Source of the DNA: a virus
Taxonomy: Duplodnaviria > Caudoviricetes
Direction: 5' to 3' (one strand)
Virus record (IMG/VR): IMGVR_UViG_3300025779_000005
Coordinates: 1 to 53,940 of that record
DNA: 53,940 nt
Shown here: positions 8,789 through 16,728 of the stretch, piece after piece
Layout of the letters: every line of letters starts with the position of its first letter
Numbering within the stretch: the first letter of the stretch is position 1
The notes under the pieces: generated by a model
Database searches by the model: none
What the model saw: the letters and a program-made list of their open reading frames with translations, nothing else
What the model was told of the DNA's origin: nothing
Translations under genes and position numbers: made by a program

Positions 8789-9442
8789 TTATGAGATGCC
8801 GGTCACAGCAGAGTTGCTACGCCAAACTTCATTGTTGAAGCCGACTAACAAGTTGCAGTACTGGGTGGTTTGATCGCCGCCATTACCGAAAGAAACGGCA
8901 TAGTCAACGATAATGAAGGGTGAGGTATTCGTCGTTGCGGTAGCATTGACATAAGCCGTTGAGCGGCCAGTTGCGTTGTTACCACCAGTGCTGTTGCCAG
9001 AAGTTGCGCCAGTCGTGGAGTAAGCGAACGTAACGAGCTGACCCTGAACGCCAGAAGTCTGCGAAGTAGCAGTACCAGTGACTGGGAAACCCGAGCCAGA
9101 AGTCTGAACAACGAAACGAGCTGCAGGATCATCAATGACGTATGCAACAACGTCACTGGTAGCGTCCGAGCCGGGCCAATAAGAAGACCAGACGGTGCGC
9201 TTCTGCGAGGTTGAGAAATACTGGCAACCAACGAAAATACCCGCGAGCTGGACAGAACCACCAGCAGTTGCCTGCGTGATGTAGCCAGTTGCGGTCGAGG
9301 TTACGGGCTGTACTGGGTCACCAGTAAAGATTGGGGTGGTGTTGCTAGAAGCAATACGACGGGTCGATTGAGCGAACGTTGGAGCGCCGCCTGCACCGCC
9401 CTGAGCTTGTAAAAATCCGTAGGGCGCAAAGGTATTCGCCAT
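8789..9442 (-). CDS. Head decoration / minor capsid protein
   Basis: Start reassigned to MANTFAPYGF (GAAAGGAGAA RBS); IFTGDPV, GIFVGCQY, YVIDDP motifs; immediately upstream of the major capsid gene. Confidence 0.7.
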   Translation of the reverse strand: MANTFAPYGFLQAQGGAGGAPTFAQSTRRIASSNTTPIFTGDPVQPVTSTATGYITQATAGGSVQLAGIFVGCQYFSTSQKRTVWSSYWPGSDATSDVVAYVIDDPAARFVVQTSGSGFPVTGTATSQTSGVQGQLVTFAYSTTGATSGNSTGGNNATGRSTAYVNATATTNTSPFIIVDYAVSFGNGGDQTTQYCNLLVGFNNEVWRSNSAVTGIS

Positions 9443-9472
9443 GACGGGTTCTCCTTTCAGAGAGTTCCAATC

Positions 9473-9533
9473 ATCGCGCACCGGGGCGATTCAGAAACAG
9501 GTTAAAATTCAAATCTTCCACACCGAGGGAAGA
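9473..9533 (-). promoter_or_regulatory. Twin C(NCGGU)G hairpins in the 5' leader of the capsid genes
   Basis: TCTTCC-C-TCGGT-G-T-GGAAGA (9533-9514) and ATCGC-C-CCGGT-G-C-GCGAT (9490-9473): same loop and same 3' bulge on different stems. Confidence 0.5.
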
Positions 9534-9560
9534 CAATTTGCATTATTGCAGATTACGTAG

Positions 9561-9588
9561 AAAAAGAAAAGGGGGCAAATACGCCCCC
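9561..9588 (-). terminator. Intrinsic terminator between the scaffold block and the capsid genes
   Basis: GGGGGC-GTATTT-GCCCCC followed by TTTTCTTTTT on the minus strand. Confidence 0.75.
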
Positions 9589-9609
9589 CATCTCATTATC
9601 TTTACCAGA

Positions 9610-10170
9610 TCAATCTGGAATAGGCATTGGCTCGTAACCCTTTTTAATCTTAGGGGCAATTTGAGCATCTTCACGACTAATAAGACCGCCCTTACCCTTA
9701 GGATCCAACTGGCCTTCTTTAATCCTAACCTGATTACGGGCGTTCATGTAGTCACGGTTCTTACGGTCTTCAGTAATTTCAGCAGGGCGCTCACAAAGAA
9801 CCATGCCTTCACGCTCGATCGAACCAACGTAACCTTTAGGCATCATTTCTGGATGACGGTTTGATTCAACTGGCTCCCAGCCGCCGACGGTAATGCGATT
9901 GTAATGCGAAGGATCCTCCCAACCCATGACAGCCTTCATTTTCCATTCATAAGACCAACCTTCCGGTGGTTTAGGAGTGGCGAATTTATCAACACCCTCG
10001 TCCAAGTTGGCATTGTTGTGACCACGAAGTTCTGCGGCGCGCCGTGCTGCACGAGCCCGTGAATCTTCCGTCTTTGAACCATTAGTTTCAACACTTGCGG
10101 CTTCTTCAATCTCGTTAGACCGTAGTTCTGGGCGAAGTTTTGGCCGATCTACTGTTTCTGCGTTTCTCAT
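9610..10170 (-). CDS. Conserved head-assembly-cluster protein
   Basis: 186 aa; PPEGWSYEWK...GWEPV...HPE...G.VLCERP pattern; between scaffold and decoration genes. Confidence 0.6.
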   Translation of the reverse strand: MRNAETVDRPKLRPELRSNEIEEAASVETNGSKTEDSRARAARRAAELRGHNNANLDEGVDKFATPKPPEGWSYEWKMKAVMGWEDPSHYNRITVGGWEPVESNRHPEMMPKGYVGSIEREGMVLCERPAEITEDRKNRDYMNARNQVRIKEGQLDPKGKGGLISREDAQIAPKIKKGYEPMPIPD

Positions 10171-10181
10171 AGTAACTCCTA

Positions 10182-11081
10182 TTAGGATAATTTGCCTTCA
10201 CGGATGAGGGCTTGTTTTTGAACTGCGTATTCACGGTCAGACATACCAAGATCCTTGGCAGCTTCGCGTTCAGCGCGTGAAAGACTAACAACATTTGACC
10301 GCGTACCACCCGTGCCAGTACCAGAACGGGATACAGGAGCTGCAGGTGGGGCAGAACGGCGTTGCGTAGGTGCGGATGCTTCAGACATGGCACTATCTTC
10401 TGAATCGCGAAGACGTGCAGGTTGGATATCGAGCTTTTTCTCAACATAAGAGAAATATTCAGGCGTATCAGCCTTGATACCACGACGCATTGCAGCGTTA
10501 TGAGCATCGATCATGTCAGCTTTAAGAGTTTCGTCCTTAGCATATTCAGGATGAGCCCTAATCCAGTCTGCCGATTCACGTGTAAGTTGCGAAGCAAACG
10601 TTTCTACTGGATCAGATGATGTATTTGCAGGACGAGCTGGCTGTTTTGCCTGTAATTCATACTGTTGCTTACCAGCAACCAACTGGCGCAAGTCCAATTC
10701 AGTCTTGGTCATGTTTGCTTGAATATCAGCAGCGGTATCGTAATCACCAACTGACATAGCATCGCGCAAGTTTTGCTTTAGAATATCTGCATTGCGCTTT
10801 ACCGTATCAATTGCGTTATCAATTAGCTTTAGATTAGTGTCATTGACATCGTTTTTGGCAACAGCAACCTGCTCGTAAGCATCTTTTGCACGTCGTTCTG
10901 CATTTTCACGAGCTTTACGCTCTTCATCAAGACGTGCTTTGAGTTCATTAATGCCATCTTCGACAGTAATTTCACCTTTTGGCTCGTCTTCTACAGGTTT
11001 TACAATAATGTCTTCTTCTTTTGCGGTAGTTTCGATCGGCTCTAGATCTAACTGAAGTTCTGTATCGTCATTCTTTTCCAT
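10182..11081 (-). CDS. Putative capsid scaffolding protein
   Basis: Acidic N-terminus, long coiled coil, W..AHP..., C-terminal VSLSRAEREAAKDLGMSDREYA; position in the head cluster. Confidence 0.7.
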   Translation of the reverse strand: MEKNDDTELQLDLEPIETTAKEEDIIVKPVEDEPKGEITVEDGINELKARLDEERKARENAERRAKDAYEQVAVAKNDVNDTNLKLIDNAIDTVKRNADILKQNLRDAMSVGDYDTAADIQANMTKTELDLRQLVAGKQQYELQAKQPARPANTSSDPVETFASQLTRESADWIRAHPEYAKDETLKADMIDAHNAAMRRGIKADTPEYFSYVEKKLDIQPARLRDSEDSAMSEASAPTQRRSAPPAAPVSRSGTGTGGTRSNVVSLSRAEREAAKDLGMSDREYAVQKQALIREGKLS

Positions 11082-11090
11082 TTTTTATCC

Positions 11091-11525
11091 TTACCAAACA
11101 GCGTCAGGCTGCTGAATACGCGCCCGAACAGTGTAATCTTCTAAAATACGGCATGATTGGCCTTCAATAGCGAGAGCCCATCCATCAGAAGGACGGAATA
11201 CAACCCAATCCCCTTCAGCAATGGACACGCCTTTAAACCATTCGCCTTTTTCATCATTGAATGCAGTAGGTCCAACCTTAAGAACCAGCCCAACCTTGCC
11301 CTGATAGCGGTCTTCTTCAACCGTTTTGTCAGTCAAGATAATGCCGGATTTAGTTTTCTGAGGGCGAATGTAGATGCCAACCAGTATTTGGTTGTTAAAC
11401 AATTCAAAGTCTTTGAGATCTCCGACAGAATTTTTAATTTCTACCGCTGGATCTACATCGTGGTTCATTTTCATAGGAGGCATTTTACTATCCTTAACGC
11501 TTGTCTGTGATATCGTTTGCTTCAT
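11091..11525 (-). CDS. groES: GroES/Cpn10-like co-chaperonin
   Basis: NNQILVG..RPQKTKSGIIL (mobile loop), GKVGLVLKVGP, EGDWVVF; the true start may be an internal Met (MPPMKM). Confidence 0.8.
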   Translation of the reverse strand: MKQTISQTSVKDSKMPPMKMNHDVDPAVEIKNSVGDLKDFELFNNQILVGIYIRPQKTKSGIILTDKTVEEDRYQGKVGLVLKVGPTAFNDEKGEWFKGVSIAEGDWVVFRPSDGWALAIEGQSCRILEDYTVRARIQQPDAVW

Positions 11526-11691
11526 CGATTAATTCAAGAGCAAAAGCGAGCCCCTGAATCATGCCAATCTGACGTTTGTATTCGTCAAAAGAAGCTGCAG
11601 AACCATGGGCAACGTTATCACGAGCGTTTTGGTAGGCATTAGATATCAGTTTTTTCAGTTCTGTTACGAACTGGTCTTTATTCGTTATCAT
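11494..11691 (-). CDS. Small conserved head-cluster protein (65 aa)
   Basis: G.AASFDEYKRQIGMIQGL helical hairpin pattern, directly upstream of the GroES-like gene. Confidence 0.7.
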   Translation of the reverse strand: MITNKDQFVTELKKLISNAYQNARDNVAHGSAASFDEYKRQIGMIQGLAFALELIDEANDITDKR

Positions 11692-11804
11692 TCCAGACCC
11701 CTCTGGTTAAATCCCCTCTGTAAATGGCTGGACCGGACGCCCAGAGGGGGAAAAAGCGCCCGGCCCTCCTCTCATCGGATGGGAGAAAACATCCGAGAAA
11801 AGTA

Positions 11805-13754
11805 TTATTTAAGACCCTTTGGTGGTTTCAAACCATAAGCGTCAATTTTTTCCAACCGAGCATTGGCACCGCCTGCACCCGTATCAATAGGATATGCACG
11901 ACCGCCCGATTTGCGCCCCATTGGCATACCCTGCGGAGGCATTGGAGGCATACCCTGTGGACCCATAGGAGGCATTCCGCCCGGACCCATTGGAGGCATT
12001 CCCTGTGGGGGCATACCCGGCATTGGAGTGCGAGGAGAAACAGGTGCGTTAGGAAGCGGAGCGCCGCCCATTAATCCCATTGGACCCTGTGGCTGTCCAC
12101 GCCCACCAATAATAATATTGATATTGGTTTTTCCTTTACCAGCTTTGCCGCCTGCAGCATGAGCATGACGACCGCCAATTGCGCCCGGAATCTTTTCTTT
12201 GCTATTGCCAGAGAAGGTGCCACCGCCGGAATATTTGCCCATGCGACCACCCATGCACATTTTGCATGAACAATCTTCATGATGCATCGCTTTTCCGCCT
12301 GCAGCTTTTCCATACATAAGGTTTGGCTGGTCAAGTTTAATGCGTTGATCTTCAGAACCAGTAGCCATTGCTGCTGCGCGACCCGGAGTCATGCCACGTT
12401 TCATAGAGCCGGGAGCATAACCACGCTCATCCATACGCTGATGCATCTTGGCAATCATCTGATCGATAGCTTCCTTTTTAGACATCGTAGGACCGTCATC
12501 GGAATATTTGCCCATGCTTTCATTTTTACCAGCAGGAACCATAGCGGCATTTTTAGAATAACCACCGCCTAGTTTATTTACAGCAGTTCGAATGCCCCGA
12601 AGTCGGTTTTTTTCTTTCCGTTCATTTACGCCACGGTTAGTGCCTTTAGCTGCCAAGTCCCAAGATGCTGACTGAATATAATCACCAAGGCGGCCCCCAG
12701 AAACTTTATGAGCGCGATCTTTAAACGCATCTTTTTTCAGTACCTTATGCATTAACTTCTTGTCTTCAGCCTCATCAGGATGACTGGTTTTGCCACCATG
12801 CTTACGACCGGTTTTTTCCTTAGTTTCCTTGGAGAACGAAGCAAAATCAGGCTGTTTACCGGTGCGCTTCATGAGTTCATTCATGGTTTTTACGCCAGAC
12901 TTTGCACCCATAAGTTTCTGCATACCCGGTTCCATCGTATCAGATGGGTGCTGCGTACCACGTGGGTACATCGAGCTACGGGTCATTTTCGATACAGCGC
13001 GTTCTACGTCGCCGCCAGTTGCGCGTTTTAGCCAATCAACTTTATGGCCATCCGTCTTGCCGCCATGCTTGCGGTTCTGAGGCAACGAACGCTGATATGC
13101 TTCTTGCTGTCTATCATAGGCAGCTGCGTTAGCGGCGCGCTGTGCATCTGAACCAGTCATAGTTGCCTTTGACCGAGCAATAGCAGCGGCAGCGTTTTTC
13201 ATTGCGGTATCATAATCAGGAGTCTGTGTCTGAGCGCCTGCTACGTTACCTTCTGAACCATCATGGTGTTCACGATGTTTGTGTTTTGCCACACCGCCCT
13301 TATTCATGACCATGCCGGAAGCCTTGGCCAACGAACGATCTTGCATAGAAACAGGGTTGTCACCCAGCGTACCGCCACCGAGCTTATGGATCTTGCCGCC
13401 CTTCTTAAACCCACCAACATGCTTGACGCCTTCACGGACATCATTTGCCATGCGGACATCGCGATTGATTAAGTCATCCAACCAAGGGGCTTTGTGATCT
13501 GCCTTACCACCGGACTTGCGCGGTTTACGATCTGCACGGAATTGGGCTTTTGCACCTTCTGCTTTACCAACAACCTTGCCACCTTTCTTGTATAAACGTT
13601 TTACAAGAGGACGAGCGCCCGTCTTTACACCAGCATTTTCTGGCTCTGGGGGCGTCCAAGTTGAACTGTCAACTTTTTCATGTGGATCAGTAGAAGTAAG
13701 GCGCTCTGCCTTTTTCTTCATTGCATTACGCGCAGTCTTGGCGGCTTCAGACAT
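11805..13754 (-). CDS. Basic, low-complexity polyprotein-like protein with at least 12 xxxGG repeats (649 aa from MSEAAK)
   Basis: Start reassigned to ATG 13754 (GGAGAA RBS); YKKGGKV, RKSGGKA, FKKGGKI, MNKGGVA, RKHGGKT x2, RATGGDV, KVSGGRL, KAAGGKA, HAAGGKA, RKSGGRA and others; Pro/Met/Gly-rich C-terminus. Confidence 0.8.
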   Translation of the reverse strand: MSEAAKTARNAMKKKAERLTSTDPHEKVDSSTWTPPEPENAGVKTGARPLVKRLYKKGGKVVGKAEGAKAQFRADRKPRKSGGKADHKAPWLDDLINRDVRMANDVREGVKHVGGFKKGGKIHKLGGGTLGDNPVSMQDRSLAKASGMVMNKGGVAKHKHREHHDGSEGNVAGAQTQTPDYDTAMKNAAAAIARSKATMTGSDAQRAANAAAYDRQQEAYQRSLPQNRKHGGKTDGHKVDWLKRATGGDVERAVSKMTRSSMYPRGTQHPSDTMEPGMQKLMGAKSGVKTMNELMKRTGKQPDFASFSKETKEKTGRKHGGKTSHPDEAEDKKLMHKVLKKDAFKDRAHKVSGGRLGDYIQSASWDLAAKGTNRGVNERKEKNRLRGIRTAVNKLGGGYSKNAAMVPAGKNESMGKYSDDGPTMSKKEAIDQMIAKMHQRMDERGYAPGSMKRGMTPGRAAAMATGSEDQRIKLDQPNLMYGKAAGGKAMHHEDCSCKMCMGGRMGKYSGGGTFSGNSKEKIPGAIGGRHAHAAGGKAGKGKTNINIIIGGRGQPQGPMGLMGGAPLPNAPVSPRTPMPGMPPQGMPPMGPGGMPPMGPQGMPPMPPQGMPMGRKSGGRAYPIDTGAGGANARLEKIDAYGLKPPKGLK

Positions 13755-13770
13755 AGTATTCTCCAAGGAG

Positions 13771-16728
13771 TTAGTAGCGGCGTCCCGCTTTTGCTGCCAT
13801 GAGGGGGAAGTTAAGTGCTGGCAGCGCCGCACCTACTTTGCCGAGCGCCTGCTCAACAATTGCGTTATTATGCATTGTACGAGAGTTTTTTGCAACGCCA
13901 CCACGAGCGAGTGGTTTTCCCGTATCAGCGTCAACATATTGTATGGAACCGTTGGGAAGAATTACCTTCTTGATTTTCTTTGGCATTTCCCCGCCGCCCG
14001 GTCCTTGCTTTGATAGAGGAATTCCGTATGCGGGTTGTCCTGCAGCACCAGAAGGGGCGGATGGTGTAACATCTAAGTTATCTCTGCCACCGCCACTGAC
14101 GTTTGTGTTAGACCCATCAGGAACACCATATCCACCTGTTGCGGGGGAAGAAGACGGTTGGTTTAAAGCGTTATATTGTGCAGATCCAAGATTATATGAT
14201 GGCGTAAAAGCATCAGTTAAGAAGTTTGAGAACTGATCAATAGGATTAACGTTACCGTTTGCATCCACAATCGAGGGGTTACGTTGCCCCAAAGACATAT
14301 CGGCTTCAGCGGTAACTGGACCATTTAAACCGTACTTTGCATTATATGATGCGATTAAAGCCGGATCTTCAAGCGATTCAACCGGTATATTATTTGTTGT
14401 GGTCGTAGTTGTAGGAGTAGCTTCTGCAGGCGGGGTTGCCGCTGCATATGAGTTCCAATCCAACTGATCAGGCCGAGCGATTGGCATTGGTACGTTAGCT
14501 ACAGCGGGTGCAGGCGGTGTTTCTTGAACAGGTGCGGGGGCTTCAATCGGTGCAGGGGCAGAAGCGGGTCCGGGGGTTGCCAAAGATACATCGGCATTTG
14601 GAGCGGGAGTTACAGGACCAAACGCAGTGTTCATTACTGACAATCCAGCTTTGGCTTGTGCGGATGCTGCTTTGGCTGCTGCGGTATCTTCATCAGGCTG
14701 CTTTTGTCCCGGCGTAGCAATATAAACGTTTGCATTTGGCGCTGGGGTAGTTGTCGATTCGGGTTGCATAAATGCAGGTTCAACAAGATTTTGTTCTAAC
14801 GTTGATTCATAATGTTGTGGAGGTGCAGCTGGTTCTGGAGCAGGGGTTGGGTTGCTAAGGTCAGGAAGACGAGCGCCAGTTGTTCCACTGATTGCGGTTC
14901 CTGCTGCAGCGGCTGCTTCGTCTTTAGCTTTTTCTGCCGCGAACTGATCAAGAGTTGCCTGAGAAACAGGAGCGGGTTGAACTACTTGTGGTTCTTGTAT
15001 TGTTGATGGTGTTGTCTGAGTAAAATCAGCTAATGGTTTTGCTTCTGCAGGAGAAATTAATGCATTTCCGATAGCACTTCCAACTGAAGATGCACCACTA
15101 GCTATTGCATTACCAATCGAATCCAAAGCGGACTGGTCTTTAGATTCTTGAGCAGTGGTTGTAGCTTGCTGCTGGTCTTGTTCTGCTTGTTGACGAGCGG
15201 AGGCGGAGTTTTCTTGCTGCTGCTGCTGCTGTTGCTGGTCCTGCTGCTGGTCTGGCTGAGATTGATCTGCTTGCTGCGCCTCGTTGCCGCGTGGATCTCC
15301 GCCACTTTGGTCACCGCCGCCGCCGCCTTCTCCACCGCCACCACCACCGTCTCCACCACCCCCGCCATCGCCGTCACCATCGTAGGAAGGCAATCCTGCT
15401 GGACCAATGTGATGCTCATAGCGAACGCCAGAGTTATGGATGTCTGCTTTTTTTAAAAGTTCAGCTTCTTCTTTTGTAATATATGCCAGATGAGTTGACA
15501 CATGATTGGGCGCACTATGCCACCGAACAGGGACGTTAACCCGTGCTTTACTCATTTTTTCTGGTGTATTGCCAATAGGTTGATCCATTTTAAGATCATC
15601 TTTGTGCCAAATAGCACCCTCAACCTTGCCGCCCTTTTTATAAGCAACACGTCCTCCACTGGCGCGTTCGGCCCGCTCTTCAATGTTAAAATCATTTAAC
15701 CGTTGACGGATTGTATTTTGCACCACGTCTTCCTGTTCAGAAACAGGTTTGTGCCAATGAATGGTGCCTGATTTGTCAAGATCTTTTGCCTCATCAATGA
15801 CGCTATCTGGGATTAACCCGTATTCTTTTGGCAATGGATGCAGAAGCGCGTGTGGCTGTAGCGGTGTGTCGCCCATGCCAAGATCATCTTCGTGCCAGAT
15901 TGCACCTTCAACCTTGCCACCTTTTTTGTAGGCTACGCGACCGCCCTGCTCGTATTTCCGCTTAATGCTGACACGGTTGTGGTCAAATACGACGTAGTTG
16001 TGGGTTGGCTGATCCGCTGCACTACGGGATCCTGCATCAAGATACTTAATGCCTTTTAAACCTGATTCTAATAATTTTTTTGCTGTTAAAGCAGAGTATG
16101 CTTGTCCACCACCTTGATTAACAAGTTCTTTTCTAGATTGATGAAACATTTTTTGATGAATTTCATCGCCAGTAAGATTAGATGGAAAATTAGATAAAGC
16201 ATTTTGAACGTGCTCACTCTGCTCACTCAATGGTCTATCCCAATCCAAAAAGTGATCAGGATGCGCGTGGATGGCGACCTCGTACATGTGTCCGGGGCTT
16301 TTCATTTTTCTAACGGCATCTGAAGCACCAACTTGGTTATTGTAAATTTCTTGTGCGGCTTTTTTGCCTCTTTCGTTATGTATCCATTCTTTATCTAATG
16401 AAGATTTAATGTCATCCAACCAATTATCAAATCCTTTTCCATGAAAGTTGTTTTGACTAAATTGAAATGCAAGCATATTGGCGGCATCATTAGAAAGATT
16501 ACCATGCGTTTTAGCAATATCTTGTAATCCATCAATATTTCTTATTACAGAATTTTTATACCCTTCCGCCACAGGCTCATGCTCGGCAAAATACAACCCA
16601 TGCCCATACGCCTGTGCGCCCTCGCCAGTGCCAATCTTGGACGTGTCAAACTGTTCAAAGTCGTGCGGAGAGCCGTGGTAGGCTTGGATAGGCTGCACAC
16701 CCTTGGCGAGGTCGAGAGGGTCCATCAT
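13771..16728 (-). CDS. Polyvalent protein: N-terminal ADP-ribosyltransferase-like domain, GG-motif linkers, HLAYIT..GLPSY domain, long low-complexity tail
   Basis: AYHGSPHDFEQFDTSKIGTGEGAQAYGHGLYFAE...GIKYLD...NYVVFD resembles ART-like domains of phage polyvalent proteins; duplicated GGRVAYKKGGKVEGAIWH.DDL.M; poly-G, poly-Q and P/A-rich segments. Confidence 0.7.
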   Translation of the reverse strand: MMDPLDLAKGVQPIQAYHGSPHDFEQFDTSKIGTGEGAQAYGHGLYFAEHEPVAEGYKNSVIRNIDGLQDIAKTHGNLSNDAANMLAFQFSQNNFHGKGFDNWLDDIKSSLDKEWIHNERGKKAAQEIYNNQVGASDAVRKMKSPGHMYEVAIHAHPDHFLDWDRPLSEQSEHVQNALSNFPSNLTGDEIHQKMFHQSRKELVNQGGGQAYSALTAKKLLESGLKGIKYLDAGSRSAADQPTHNYVVFDHNRVSIKRKYEQGGRVAYKKGGKVEGAIWHEDDLGMGDTPLQPHALLHPLPKEYGLIPDSVIDEAKDLDKSGTIHWHKPVSEQEDVVQNTIRQRLNDFNIEERAERASGGRVAYKKGGKVEGAIWHKDDLKMDQPIGNTPEKMSKARVNVPVRWHSAPNHVSTHLAYITKEEAELLKKADIHNSGVRYEHHIGPAGLPSYDGDGDGGGGGDGGGGGGEGGGGGDQSGGDPRGNEAQQADQSQPDQQQDQQQQQQQQENSASARQQAEQDQQQATTTAQESKDQSALDSIGNAIASGASSVGSAIGNALISPAEAKPLADFTQTTPSTIQEPQVVQPAPVSQATLDQFAAEKAKDEAAAAAGTAISGTTGARLPDLSNPTPAPEPAAPPQHYESTLEQNLVEPAFMQPESTTTPAPNANVYIATPGQKQPDEDTAAAKAASAQAKAGLSVMNTAFGPVTPAPNADVSLATPGPASAPAPIEAPAPVQETPPAPAVANVPMPIARPDQLDWNSYAAATPPAEATPTTTTTTNNIPVESLEDPALIASYNAKYGLNGPVTAEADMSLGQRNPSIVDANGNVNPIDQFSNFLTDAFTPSYNLGSAQYNALNQPSSSPATGGYGVPDGSNTNVSGGGRDNLDVTPSAPSGAAGQPAYGIPLSKQGPGGGEMPKKIKKVILPNGSIQYVDADTGKPLARGGVAKNSRTMHNNAIVEQALGKVGAALPALNFPLMAAKAGRRY
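15585..15946 (-). repeat. Duplicated 23-codon block GGRVAYKKGGKVEGAIWH(E/K)DDL(G/K)M (about 15877-15946 and 15585-15658)
   Basis: Near-identical peptide with many synonymous codon differences. Confidence 0.85.

Noticed and set aside
15200-15380. CAG and GGN trinucleotide runs as phase-variable or eukaryotic-contaminant microsatellites
   Set aside because: They are in-frame, codon-mixed poly-Q and poly-G within a continuous phage ORF; length change would not switch frame.
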